Of a stretch of 64,000 nucleotides of DNA, positions 28,660 through 42,583 are shown in pieces (position 1 is the stretch's first letter; every line of letters starts with the position of its first letter). The stretch comes from Eledone cirrhosa (Eukaryota). The notes under the pieces were generated by a model that was given only the letters and a program-made list of their open reading frames with translations, was not told the DNA's origin and did not search any database. The stretch lies in contig OZ024754.1 in assembly GCA_964016885.1 (NCBI GenBank), positions 27,528,001 to 27,592,000 of the forward strand. Direction: 5' to 3'. The translations under genes were made by a program, and so were the position numbers.

Positions 28660-31600
28660 ATTTACAGATATATACTCAGAGTAGGCCCATTCACTCGGGT
28701 CATTCTTGCTTCTCTCACCCATCTTTCAACAAAATGCTGGGGAGAGCACTTCCCTCTCTACTCTGATTTTCCTTTTCAAATGAAATTTGAAAAAGTCAAT
28801 CAGAGCATCACCGAAGAGGTAAGTGCTCGTCTTCAGCCCTTTCAAACGTGTCCACCATACTATCTCTTTCACCATGGCCACCAGACAGATAAAAACTGCC
28901 TGTCCTTCCCGGCTAAAGGAGGAGGGCGGGCCAATCCTCACGATGGACTCAGATGATAGCCGGATCCGTCCTACACGCGACAGCAGGTGTTCGACATAAA
29001 CCCACAAGTCAGCAATTTTCGGACACTGGACGAGTGCGTGCAGGACGGTTTCGTCGCCCTGCGCGCATCTCGGACATGCCCGGCTGACGGCACCTCCATG
29101 CCTGTAGAGTTTATCCCGAACTGGCAAGGCTCCTCGGTAGCACTGCCAGGCCAGAGATTTCTGGAAGTTGTCCATAGGCCCTGGCCCGAAAGTTCTTCCG
29201 GGTTGATTTTCGTCGACGCCTAGAGTTTCCCCAAGTACGTCGTCGCTCTTCCCCTCCACTAATCCTCTATAGAACGCCGAGGTGGAATTTCCACCGATCA
29301 CATTGCCCTATTGGTCGAGGGCTGTGAGCGCCTGAAGACATTCCAGTCTCCAGGCGCTCCCTCTCTGTATTCCCTTGATCCAGGACTGCAGCTCCGTCAA
29401 GGAAACGAGCTGGGGAAATACGTGTCTAGCAAACGGCGACCACACCTGATCACCGTCGAGGAAGAGGTGGAGATGTCGTATCCTGAGCGCGTGCCTGCGC
29501 ATAATCAGCCACGGCATGCCCAGCCCTCCACGTAGCGGGTGTTGACAACAGATGGACCGCCTGACCATCGGAGCGCGTCCCTTCCACAAAAAGCGAAAGA
29601 GCAAACACTCCAGCGCAGTCAGTCGAGGCTTAGGACAAGGTACAACGGTCAGGCGGTAGCAGATGACAGACACGATGTACGCGTTAGCCACCTCCGCTCG
29701 ACCTTTCAGGGATAGCTTCCTCTCCGCCCATTTCTGGGTGAGAGAAGCCACCCTGCTCGTCACCTCGTCCCAGTTTTTGTCCGTCTGGAGGTCCGGACCG
29801 AACCAGACCCCTAGCAATTTAACCGGTCCGTCCGTCCAGCGTCCGACGACGCTGTTGGACGGCATGGACCTGCCTCTCCAGGTGCCTAGCTGCAGGCCCA
29901 CTGACTTTTCCTGGTTGATCATTGCTCCTGTCACCGCTTCGTATTCTCTTAGTGTAGTGCCGATCGCCTCGATGTGTTTGGCGTTCAACACCACTACGGT
30001 GACATCGTCCGCATATGCTGACACGGATCTTCCGCATCCTAGTTCGCGCGGGATGCCCCTCAACGTCTCCAGTTTGTGCAGTAATGGCTCGAGAGTCAAT
30101 ACGTACAAGAGGGACGAGAGGGGACATCCTTGGCGGACCGAGCGCATGATGTTGAACGGTTCCGACAGGTGACCGTTCACTCTCACCACAGAGCAGATGT
30201 CGCTGTGCATGGCAGCGATCCAGCCTCTGAAGACGGGCCCAAAGCCAGCCGCCCTCAGGACTGCCGCTAGTTAACGATGGTCGACCCTATCGAAAGCTTT
30301 CGACTGATCTAAATTGATCAAGGACCCACTCGTACCAGGTTCCCTAGCTACCCTCTCTACGATGTATCGCATGAGGTGGAGGTTGTCGTGGATGGATCTG
30401 TCGGGAATGGCGCATGTCTGCGCCTCTCGCACCAGACGACCAACGACAAGCGCCAACCTCTTTGCTAGCACCTTGGCCAAAATCTTGAACTCTGTGTTTA
30501 GCAGAGTTATGGGCCGGAAATTATCTATGTTATCCCCCTTGTTCGGATCCTTTCTCAGCAGTGCCACCGCTCCTCGGCTCACAGAACTGGGAATTCTCCC
30601 GTTCTGTTGCCAGTTGCAGTAGACGTCCGCCAAGAGGCCTCCGAACAAGTCTGGCATCTGTACGTAAAGTTCATAGGGCAGACCATCCAAACCAGGCGAT
30701 TTACCCCTTGTGCAGCCAGTCATTGCCTCCCTTACTTCAGCGGCTGTTATCGGCTTTTCGCAACACTCCGCCTCAGTGGCCGAGAGCCGCGGCAGTCCGT
30801 CGAGGTAGACACTAAAGTCCATCCCTCGACCCGGCCCACCGCTTCCCCCGAACAGCTGAGCGAAGTGTCGCTGAAAAGCTTCACACATTTGCCCGGGATC
30901 GAGTAGCATGCGCCCGTCGTGGTCCACCAAAGACCGGATCGTGGCTTTTTGCCACGACGCGCCTGCGCCACTCGGGCCCATTGAACGGCTTTCGTCCCCT
31001 CGTGTCTGAGAGCACGCACCCTTGCTTTGACAACGCAGCCTTCGTGCTTTGCATTGAGAATTGGTCAAGGGCCAATTTCGCCGCAAGCACGTCGGTCGCA
31101 ATGCCTTTGCTAAGCGCCTCGTCTAATTTTCTAACTAGCTCTCCCTCTGCTCTATTTTTCTCTATTGCTAAAGCCTTACTAAACCTAATGGATTCTATTT
31201 TAATCGCTCTTTTCAGAGCAAACCACCACTTGTTGTTGACGATGATCCCCGTCAACGCACGCTTAACTAGTTCGCTAATCAGGTCTCTGTAGGCCTTGCG
31301 CGCTGGTAAGGACGCGTTTAGCTTCCAGTAGCCGGGTCCTCGTCTATGAAGCCTATCTGAGTCAAGCACACAGATCACGAATTTGTGGTCCGTGTAACTG
31401 ACTATCTTGAATTGTGGACAGCCTATGCTAGACCTATCTATTTCCCTACAAAATACTCTATCTAGATATGATCTGGATGACCCTACGCGATTTGTCCAAG
31501 TCCACATTGGCACATTCGGCAAATCCAATCGGTACCTGTCAGACAGTTCAAAACGCCTAAGCAGGTTGGTGAGGCTTTTGCACCCTCCACCCCTATCCGC

Positions 31601-31905
31601 TAATCCCACACAGTCCCAGCGTGCATCTAAGATCCCGTTCCAGTCGCCCACTAACACTAAAGAGCGGGACGTTCCAAGAAAGGTCTCCAGACGCTGGAAG
31701 AAATCAGGCCGCCCTGCTCCTGTCGGAGCATAGACGGCAACTAGCCTGAAAGCTTGCCCGTCTGCGCTGGTCACGTCCAGCACCACCAACTTACCTTCTG
31801 GGTCCAGGAAGATGGCCCGTATGGCGATATCCAAACCTCTCCGAAAAAGCACAGCAACTCCTCCCCCGATCCCGGACTGCTGGGAGATGCGTACGCATTG
31901 TAGCC
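28660..31905 (-). pseudogene. Tx1-like ORF2 (APE endonuclease-RT-zinc finger), disrupted
   Basis: Pieces 31852-30881, 31101-30271, 30210-29308 and 29301-28726 with GDWN, YTDH, QGCPLS, YADD, CPRC..H..C. Confidence 0.92.
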
Positions 31906-33460
31906 GGTGGTGTAGGTGATGGTGGTGTTGGGGTTAATGATGGTGATGGCGTTGGTGTTTGGGGTGATGGGGTTGGTGATGCTGGTGTGGATGGTGGCAT
32001 ATCTGTCCTAACTTTTTTGTTTGATAGTTTATTTGTTTCCCTCTGTTTTTTGTCTTGGGAGGGGGAGGAAAGAGAATTTTTTCTTTTTTGATTTCTTTTT
32101 TTTTTTCCTCATACCGTTTCCCACTCCTCGTCGTTACAATCTGTCTCCAGTTGCGATAAGCCGGGGAGTGGAAAATCCTCCACAGGCGTTGGTTTTGCTT
32201 GTTGCGTGGTGGATGGTGTAGGCGCTGGTGCTAGTTCTGGCGCGTTGGGTGGTGGTGGTGTTGGTTTTGCTACTGTTGCTGGGGATGTTGCTGTTACAGT
32301 TGCTTCTGTTGTTGCTGCTACAGTTGTTGCTGCCATCTCTGCTGCTGGTGGTGTTGATGGTTGAGTCACTGGGGTGGGTAAGAGAGGTGGCCTCAACCTT
32401 TTAGACTGAGGGCAGAAAGCCCTTAGGTGGGTTCCTTCACCACAAACGACACACCTAGGCCTTCTGCCCTCGACGATTACGGCTGCCGTCAGTGAGGTCT
32501 ATTACCTCTGGGATCTCCTCAATGCTTTTTTGGTCCGCTTGTATCAGGAGCTCCATCCCAGATCCGCACCAGTTCTCCTGCTTTTCTTTCGCTATTTCGA
32601 TTATCTTGGTGTTGGCTTCGATGCCGGCGAGGACGGCCGCTATTAGCCAGGGAATGTCGATGGCCGGTGGAACGTGGGTCACCCTGATCTTCACGAGTCT
32701 CTGGCCACAATAACTTGGGACGAGTGTGAAGTCGTCACTTCTTAATGGGGCCATGGGGTGTTCTCTGGCCGCCTGTGGTGTTTCAAAGAACACTCCACGG
32801 TTCAATATTTCTGCCCACGTCTGATGTGGGGTTTTTTTGCCCACACATGTCCCAAAGCTTTTTGGATTTGGGACTCGGATGCCCGTTCCACTCGGCGCGA
32901 TTTTATGCTAATCGTCCGATAAGACACGGTGCATAGGCGCCGATGCTCCATTTTATTAGGTGTGTGGAGGGGGAGGGGGAGGCTGACCCTGTACCTATCT
33001 TTCTTTACCATTTTGGGGGTTTCTAATTCCTCCTGAGTTACCTGGAATGCTTCGCACTGTTTTGCTACTCTGGCAAAACTCAGGGTGGTTTTCTTAATTT
33101 CATTGTTGCTGTTGGTGTTATCGTTACTTTTGTTATTGTTAATTTTAGTTTCAGTTGTGGTGGTGGTGGCGTCAGTGGTGTTCGGTGTGGAAGAGTTCAT
33201 TTTGGTTGAATTCATTTCGATATCACGAGTTAATTTATTTTTTTCTTTTGTTTCTGTTGTCGCTGTGGTGGTGGTGGGGGGGGGGCGGCTTTAACACCTG
33301 TAGTCATTGGTAATGGCGGGAAATGAATGTCTGCCTGAGACAAATTTAAAATATTGCTACTGCTTATATTTTTAGTGTTGGCAAACGTAGTAATATTTAC
33401 AATGGTGGTGTCGGTGTGAGGTGTTAGTTTGTGAGGAAGGAGTGAGTCTGAGTCGGCCAT
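31906..33460 (-). pseudogene. Tx1-like ORF1, disrupted
   Basis: Pieces 33475-33230, 33215-32802, 32844-32455 and 32396-32109, homologous to ORF1 of D and F. Confidence 0.85.
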
Positions 33461-33712
33461 GATTTTTGAAAGCAATTTTTTTTTGTTTGATAATTATGAA
33501 AAGTTTAAATTTTGGGCTCAAGGCCCCAATCTTTTTGAGTGTCCATTTCAGAAATCAATGTATGTGCACTTATATATAATTAACAATAAAAATTTTCCAT
33601 AAATGGCAATTTTAAACAACTGAAAATAACAAACCTTTGCGGAGCTCACGATGATACGTAGGTCGCCAATAATAATAATAATAATAATAATAATGATAAT
33701 AATAATAATAAT

Positions 33713-36700
33713 GATTTCATTTATTAGCCACAAGGGCCGACATGTAGGGGACAATACAAAGACAGGGACAGTGGGGGTTTACAATAAGGTCGAGTAAAAG
33801 TGCACAATGGCAAGACTAATTTAACAATGAAAGTATAAAATATAAAATAAACTATGCAAAATATAACAAAATAAATTTCCCGATAGGGGGTGGGCGACCC
33901 TGGGGTGATTCGGGTACCCCACCAATCCTGAACCACCCTGCGCTTCTAGGGCACCCAGGAGAGCACCCCTCTCCTCAAGTTAGCCAGCCTATAGGCGCAT
34001 GGTCAGAGTAGGCCCACTCACACGAGCCATTCTTGCCACATTCACCCACCTTTTAGCAAATGTACTGGGGGGAAGCACTTCTCTCTCCACCCTCACCCTC
34101 CTTTCCAGGTGAAACTTGAAGAAGTTGATGAGGGATTGGCCGAAGAGAAAAGTGTCTGTCTTTAGTCCTTTCAACCTGGTCCACCATATAATCTCTTTCG
34201 CAACTGCCACCAGACAGAGGAAAATGTCCTGCTCTTCCTGACCTATGGAAGGTGGCGGCTCGATCTTCACTATGGACTCGGCCGATAACTGGATTCGTTC
34301 CACACGCGACAGTAGCTGTTCGACATAACTCCACAAGTCAGTAATGCACGGACATTGAACAAGTGCGTGCAGAACGGTTTCGTCGTTCTGTGCGCATCTT
34401 GGGCAGGTCCGTCTGACAGCACTTCCGTGCCTGTAGAGTTTATCCCGAACCGGCAGTGCCCCCCGGTAGCACTGCCAAGCGAGGGATTTCTGGAAATTGT
34501 CCATCGTCCCCGGTTCAAAAGTCCTCCGGTACAGACTGGTCAGTTCGACTTCGTCGAGGCCTAAAGCTTCTCCGAGTGCGTCATCGCACTTGCCCACCAC
34601 TAATCCTCTATAAAACTCGAGAGTGGAAGTTCCACTGATCGCATTGCCCGCTTGGTAGAGGGCAGTGAGTGCCTGGCAACATTCCAGGTGCCAGTCACCC
34701 AGTCTCGGTCTCTTCTTGACCCAGGACTGCAGCTCAGTCAAAGAAATGAGCTGCGGAAAGGCCCGTCTGATAAACGGTGACCACACCTGTTCACCATTGA
34801 GGCAGAATATCTGGAGATGTCGCAGCCTCAACGCATGTTTGCGCATCATTAGCCACGGCATGCCCAGCCCTCCGTGTAGAGGGTGCTGGCAGCAGATGGA
34901 CCGCCTCACCAACGGAACTTGTCCCCTCCACAAGAATTTGAAGAGGAGCCGTTCCAACTTGACGAGGCGCGGACGGGGGCAAGGCACGACAGTTAGGCGG
35001 TAATAGATGACGGACGCGATGTACGCATTCGCCACCTCCGCGCGACCTTTCAGTGATAGCTTCCTCCCAGCCCATTTTTGGGTGAGACTGGCTACTCTGC
35101 TCGTTACCTCGTCCCAATTCTTTTCCACCTGGAGGTCTGGTCCGAACCAAACCCCGAGCAACTTTACTGGTCCGTCCGTCCAGCGCCCCACGACGCTGTT
35201 GGACGGCATGGGCTTGCCTCTCCAGGTTCCGAGCTGCAAGCCCACCGACTTTTCCGGGTTAAGTTTGGCTCCTGTCAACCTTTCATATTCTTTCAATAAG
35301 GTGCCGACCACCTCGATTTCTGAGGTGTTCGACACCATCACGGTGATGTCGTCCGCATAAGCCGACACCGCCTTTCCACGTCCCGGTTCGAGCGGGATGC
35401 CCTGCAACAGCTCCAGCTTCCGCAGTAAAGGCTCGAGAGTCAATACGTACATAAGGGAAGAGAGAGGGCACCCTTGACGGACCGATCGGGAGAGCCGAAA
35501 TGGTTCCGAGAGGTGGCCATTAACTTTGACCACCGAGCGTGTGCCGCTGTGCATTGCAAAGATCCAGCTTCTAAAGACAGGGCCGAAGCCAGCTGCTTTG
35601 AGGACAAACTCCAGATACCGATGGTCGACCCTATCGAATGCTTTCGATTGATCTAAATTGATCAGTGCCCCACCGAAGCCAGGTTTACACCCTACCCTCT
35701 CTATGATGTATCGCATGAGGTGGAGATTGTCGTGTATGGACCTGGCTGGGATTGCGCAAGTTTGCGCCTCCCCAACCAAATCCTCGACGACAAGCGCCAA
35801 TCTCTTTGCTAACACCTTGGCCAAAATCTTAAACTCTGTGTTGAGCAGAGTTATGGGCCTGAAGTTGTCTAATGTATCCCTCTTGTTCTCGTCTTTCCTT
35901 ATCACCGTCACCACTCCCCTGCTCACAGAACTGGGAATACTCCCATTCTGCTGCCAGTTACAGTAGAGTGCTTCAAGGAGTTCGGAGAACAAGTCTGGCA
36001 TATTTACGTAAAGCTCGTAGGGCAGGCCATCCAAGCCTGGTGACTTGCGCCTCATGCAGCCGACAAGGGCGTCCTGAATTTCGGCTGAAGTAATCGGCCT
36101 TTCGCAGCGCTCAGCGTCGACCGTCGAAATGCGCGGCAAGCCGTCAAAGTAGGGTCTGAAATCCGCTACTCTCTCTGACCCGCCACTCTCCCCGAACAAC
36201 CGAGCAAAGTGCTGGCGAAAGACCTCACACATCCGCTTGGAATCGCTTATCTCGTGTCCGTCTCGGTCCGCCAAAGACCGAATTGTGGTTTTATTACCAC
36301 GCTGCGCCTCCGCCACGCGGGCCCATCGAACAGCTTTAGTTCCCTCGTTTCTCAGCGCACGCGCCTTAGCTCTGATAATGCAACCTTCGTGTTTGGCATT
36401 GAAGAAATGGTCTAATGCCATTCTCGCCGCTAGCACGTCAGTTGCGATGCCACTACAAATAGCCTCGTCTAACTTATCTACCAGCTCCCCTCCTTTCTAT
36501 TTTTCTCTAACGCTAGTTCTTTGCTGAACTCTATCGAAGTTACTCTAATCTCTCTTTTGAGATCTCCCCACCATCTGTTGTTGATGATCCCCCTGTCAAC
36601 TTTTGCTTAACTAACTTATTGACTCGGTCCCTGTAAGCCTTACGTGCCGGAAATGACATGTTCAGCTTCCAGTAACCCGGTCCTAACCTACGCGTTTTAT

Positions 36701-37619
36701 TTAGGTCGACCGTACAGATCACAAATTTGTGATCTGAATAGGCGACCGTTTTAAAAAGTGGACAGCCCACACTATTTCTATCTATTTTCCTAATGAAGAT
36801 TCTGTCTATATACGATCTAGATGACCCCATTCGGTTGGTCCATGTCCATACTGGCACATTGGGGAAATCTAGTCGATACCTGTCAGACAGTTGGAACTGG
36901 CTGAGTAGGTGCTTGAGGCTTTTGCACCCCCCGCTCCTATCGGCTACTCCCACACAATCCCAGCGTGCGTCTAAGATGCCATTCCAGTCCCCCGCTAACA
37001 GTAAAGGGCGAGACGTACCCAGAAAGGTCTCCAGGCGCCTAAAGAAGTCAGGTCATCCGGCCCCTGTAGGGGCGTAGGCGGCCAGCAGTCTAAAGGCACC
37101 ACCTTCGCTACTGCTCACATCCAAGACCACCAACTTACCGTCCGGGTCCCGGAAGATCCACCTTACCTCGAGATCCAGTCCTTTCCTAAACAGCATGCCA
37201 CCCCACCCCCATTCCCGGCCTGCTAACAGATTCGAAGATCTGATAGTCGTCGAAAATGGGGGCTAGTGCACGCGTGTCGGAAATTCTGGTCTCGCTTACG
37301 GCAATCACATCCATTTCCAGCGACGGAGGTCGTTGAGCAGGCGACCCTGCTTCCATGGTGACCCCAGGCCGCGAACATTTAAACTTCCTACTCTTAATAT
37401 GGCCATATTGGTAAGCTAAGAGAGAGAGAGGGGAGGTTTACTTACCTCCCGGGTCTTGTGAAGGTCGGGTGGTTCGACCTCCATGGTTGGTGGGGTTACT
37501 TTTGGGAACCCCTTTAAAAGTCTTGATGTGGGTTTCACATTCGGGTTTCCCACGTCTTGAGGAAAGCTCTCTCGAATTTCTTTGAAAGAATTGAGTGACA
37601 TTCGGACCAGAAGCAAATC
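33713..37619 (-). mobile_element. L1/Tx1-like element B (divergent family), 5'-truncated within the end of ORF1
   Basis: ORF2 starts at ATG 37406 (MAILRVGSLNVRGLG) with frameshifts; 815-aa RT part 36436-33989 is open. (ATT)n on both sides. Confidence 0.92.
33989..37406 (-). pseudogene. Tx1-like ORF2: frameshifted APE domain, open RT/zinc finger
   Basis: KSPGLDG, FRPITLLN, DQSKAFDRV, QGCPLS, YADD, CPRC..H..C. Confidence 0.9.
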
Positions 37620-37674
<55 letters not shown>

Positions 37675-38480
37675 GGGAAGAAGACGCACGAGGTGGTAGA
37701 ACGTCACGAAATTGCTCCCGTAAGTTTTTTGATTTTTAACATATTTAAATCAATTGTGAAAGAACAATTCTTAGCACAAATGTTGCATAAAGGCACCGAA
37801 TGAGGTCCCATAAAGTTTCGGATCCATATTATATTGTTGTATCGCTCAAATATTCAATTTTGTATTATATATTTTGTATTCAAAAAAAGAAAATGGTTAT
37901 AAATGGAACAAAACACCCTCTGTCTACACTATATAGAACAGCAGCAATTTCAATTTCACCAACACCAGAAACTTGATACACTACCTATCCCATCACACTA
38001 AATATAACACCCAGATAACGGCAATTTCACCAGCATCATAATAATAATTACTATTATTATTGTCTCAATTTTAAAAAATGTTTAATTCAAAGTTTACGGG
38101 AATATGTCAACACAAAATATAATAAAAATATATATCAAACATACGAACACAAACTCATAGATACTATATCAGTAACCACAACACCACCGCTGCCACCACC
38201 CCACCACATCCATCATCGCCGCCACCACTCATTCAATGCTACTGACACTATTCCCCTGTTAACTTGAGAGAGAAAAGGGAAGGTGGCGGTAGCACTAGAC
38301 AAGAGAGAGGCTAGCAAAAGATATAAATAGATTGATATGGTGACCTTGCCACCCACCGGCCAAACGTCTACATCAACAATTATGGGACTGCTGGCTCACC
38401 CCTTCCTCACCAACAATATAAAAAGCCCCGGCACCACCACCGACATAGCCAACAACAATAACAGCCAACTACAACAAAAA
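37675..38480 (+). mobile_element. Possible decayed 5' end (UTR + ORF1 start) of another Tx1-like family
   Basis: gctcccgtaagttttttgatttttaac resembles the 5' UTR motifs of A/D and F. Followed by A-run+ATG and T/P/N-rich low-complexity sequence. Confidence 0.35.
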
Positions 38481-38630
38481 GTATATTATATTGTTGTAAT
38501 GCACTGGGTGATTGCTGGCCTTGTGCCTGGAGTGGAGACAATTATTAATAATTTCATTCTTAAGCCACGCAATGCTCACATTAAGGAACCACTCATGATA
38601 ATAACAATTTAAAAAAAAACAACAAAAAGA

Positions 38631-41600
38631 AAACCCCGTGACCAAGAAATACCGGGATGGCGGCCGGCGGGGAATAGCCATGTCTCTAGGGGAGAACGAC
38701 CCCTCTAGTCTTGGTTGACAATCGTTCTAGAAGTGGTAACACGAAATGATTACCCCTTGGCGGATAAGGATAAAACGCGACAAAATAAAGTAAATGTCTA
38801 ATGATAAAATCTCATACCGGATCGGCCGTGACCCGGGTAAAAAAGGGCCGCGTCCCTCAGAGAGGAACCAGACTGGGGTCGAAAAATCAGCTAATGGTTC
38901 AAACCTTCCCATCACTTCGGAGCTGGAGACCTCCCATAACCGGAATACTCCTACTGTTGGCCCTCCATGCTCACCACCAAGAAATCCAAAGAAAAAGAGA
39001 GAAAAATGGTCAAGGGAAGATAATAAAGAAGTCCTTGAGGCTTTCTACACTGCCATGTACTACCCATCAAATACATCGAATACAGAACAAACATATATCA
39101 ACTGGAAAAAGAAACATCCCGAAAACAGAGGCTATATTGACAGTAACAAACTAGCCAATATACGAAGAAATATTGTAAGAAAAAAGTTACTAACTGATAT
39201 AGAAATTGATCAGATCAAGCTAGTAGCACAAAGTCAGCGAAGGGAAAATGAAGCATGCGTCAGTGAAAACGAGGTAAACTGTAACACTTCGAATCCCAGG
39301 GTTGGGGCGGAATCACTGGCAACAGAACAAATTAAAGAAAGGAGCGAAAAAGTGGAGGGAGTGCATGCTCAGGATGGAACTCCAAATGAAAATAATGAGA
39401 TCGTAAATGATAAAGAAATGAATGAGAATGAACTTGCCAACTTGAAGGATGAAATTATGATCGAATGGATGAAAATGAAAGAATCTGACATGGGGCAACG
39501 AGACACCCTCCCTAAGATCCAGAACTCCAAACAGAACCAAAAGATAATACACAAGACTAACATAATTCTCAAAAACATTATCATCACAAACAAACTAAAC
39601 ATTACTGACTTAAATCATCTCTATTATGCATCGGCTAAAGTCACCACTCACTTATGTGGAGTGAAGATGAAAAAACAAAGGAATTCCCACAAGAAATCTA
39701 CTTGGCAAGATAACATCAATCGCCAAATAAACCTTCTCCGATCTGACATAGAAATTTTAACAAACTATAAAGTAGGTGAACATGTTAAACAAACTAAACT
39801 TAGAAAATTGAAAAAAAAGTACAGTATAAGATCAACATGTGACATAGACATGCTGATAGAAACAATCAAGCAAAAAGTGTCGGCCAAAGCTGCTCGTATT
39901 ACGCGCTTTGAAAAACGATCTAGATTCTATAAGGACAATAATATGTTCAAAAACAACCAAAGAAACTTCTACAGAAAAATTGGTAAGTCAACAATAACTG
40001 CTAAATCAATACCACCCAAGGAGGAAGTGAAAGAATTCTGGGAAAAGATCTGGGCCGAAGAAAAAGTTCATAACATACATGCCCCATGGATAGACAGACA
40101 AATGAAAGAAACAGCTCACCTTGAAGAACAAACATGGGAAAATATAACAGTTGAACAGCTGCGCTTGGCTCTAAGAAAAACCAGCAAATGGAAATCCCCA
40201 GGAAAAGACAAAATACAAAACTTTTGGATAAATGCCTTCACAGAGTCTCATGAGCTGTTAGCCCAACTTTACAATGAAATAGTTAAGGAGCCAGAAAAGA
40301 TACCATCATGGCTAGTTAACGGCATTACATTCCTGCTACCGAAGAATGATGAGACAAACAATCCCAAAATTACAGACCGATAACCTGCTTGACCACAATG
40401 TATAAAATTTTAACATCAGTCCTAACTGAATACACATATGACCACCTGATAACAAATGACCTATTTCCCATTGAGCAGAAAGGGTGTAAACGAGGCTCAT
40501 ATGGCTGTAAGGATCAGCTTCTGGTTAACAAAATGATACTGGAAGATTGTCATAATAGACACAAAAATCTATCGATTGCTTGGATAGATTATAAAAAAGC
40601 ATTCGATAGTTTGCCACACAGTTGGATTGAAAAATGTTTAGAGATTTTCAAAATATCCCCCGTTGTCAGGAGGTTTTTATCATTCAGTATGAGGACATGG
40701 AGAACGACACTCCTTTTGAATAGTGAAACAAAATCACTGGAAGCTGGAGAAGTTAACATTAATTGTAGAATTTTTCAGGGTGACTCTTTATCACCGCTTT
40801 TATTCTGCATCGCACTTATACCATTAAGTAAAATGCTCAATGAAACAAAACATGGATATAGAGTCTATGACAAAACCATTAATCACCTGTTCTACATGGA
40901 TGACCTGAAACTATTTGCAAAAAATGATGAACAATTGCAAGGGCTATTATCCACTGTGAAGCAGTTCAGTGATGACATTAAAATGGAGTTTGGACTGGAT
41001 AAATGCGCCAAAGCAACGTTCACCAGAGGAAAGCTGCTGAAGAGTTCAGACATTAATCTTGATCGGGGGAACGTGATAAGAGAGCTTGATCAAGAAAAAA
41101 CTTACAAATATCTAGGTGTTTGTGAAGGAGACGGAATCAAGCACTCGACAATGAGGGAAAGGATAAGGAAGGAATGTTACCGCAGAGTCAGAGCAATCTT
41201 AAGAACGGAATTGAATGCAAGGAATAGGATCGATGCCATAAACACGCTTGCCATACCAGTAGTAACCTACAGTTACAATGTCATCAACTGGTCAAGCACA
41301 GAGATCCGTAGGCTCGATACAAAAATCCGAAAATTCTTAACCATGCACAGAATGCATCACCCTAAGGCAGACATAGATAGAATATATCTCCCTAGGAAAG
41401 AAGGAGGACGTGGGTTAATCCAGTTAGACATTGCGTTGAAAACTGCAACAATTGGATTATCCACATATCTATGGGAATCACATGATTGGATGATCAAACT
41501 CGTTTTGAAACACGAAAGCACCAAAAGATCATATTCCATTACAAAAGATGCACAAAGATACAGTAATGGACTACAAATTTCAGAAGTCCCATTTACTGCT

Positions 41601-42583
41601 GAAATGGAAAACACAGAAAAAGCAAAGCAGGTAAAAGTAACTGCAAAGAAAGAACTGCTACAGAAACTGGCTAAGAAATGGCAAGAATTTCCTCTGTATG
41701 GAAAATACTCAGAGCGAGCTAACGATCCTGATGTTGACAAAACTTTAACCCATCAGTGGTTGGCATCCTCTGGACTGAAATCGGAGACTGAAGGACTGAT
41801 TATATCGGCACAAGATCAGTGTCTGCCAACAAAAAATTACCAAGCCAACATAATAAAAAATGGGTGCAGCCCATTATGCCGTGTATGCAAAAAACAACCA
41901 GAGACCATTGACCATATAATTTCAATGTGCAGTCCTATAGCTCCAACCGAATACTTAAACAGGCATGACAGAGCTGCACAATACATACATTGGATAATGT
42001 GTAAGCATTTTGACCTGCCCCATCAAAAGAATTGGTGGGAGCATCAACCACCTCCCATACTTGAAAAAGATCACATCTCAATCTTGTGGAACTTTAGCAT
42101 CCAAACAGACCGAAAAATAGATGCAAATAGACCTGATATAATATTGAAGGACTTTCAAAGGAGGGTATGCCTGCTAATTGATATGTCTGTTCCAATAGAC
42201 AAGAACGTATCTATAAAAACATTTGAAAAATTGAGCAAGTATAAGGACCTGGAGATAGAAATTGGAAAAATGTGGAAATTGAGAACTAAAACAATACCAG
42301 TGGTTGTAGGCGCTCTGGGAATGATACCTAAGGGGTCTAACGACTACTTATCGCAAATCCCAGGAAACCCGGGTATAGGAGAAATACAAAAGATAGTACT
42401 AATGGGAACTGCCCATATACTAAGGAAGATCCTGTCAATATAAGTACATCTCAAGTCTAAACACTAAGGATGCATGTGTGAATATGTATGTTCTTTCTTG
42501 AACATGGCGGACCTTGTTGTCTCTTGAGGTCACTGGTTGTGACTTGGTGATAACTCGTATGAACATAAAGCAAGATAAATGCA
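38631..42583 (+). mobile_element. R4/Dong-like non-LTR retrotransposon C, full length
   Basis: Single RT+CCHC+REL ORF with one frameshift; (TAA)n at the 3' end. Confidence 0.93.
38794..42443 (+). pseudogene. R4/Dong-like RT + restriction-like endonuclease ORF, single frameshift near 40368
   Basis: WKSPGKD, NPK/(N)YRPITCL split across frames, QGDSLSP, YMDD, CRVC..H..C, RHD, RPD..D..K..KY. Confidence 0.92.

Larger units (their letters stand above)
28419..33667 (-). mobile_element. L1/Tx1-like non-LTR retrotransposon A (both ends present, decayed, ~550-bp internal deletion)
   Basis: Fragmented ORF1 and APE-RT ORF2 near-identical to elements D and F. AATAAA then (ATT)n at the 3' end; (ATT)n at the 5' end. 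Confidence 0.93.
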
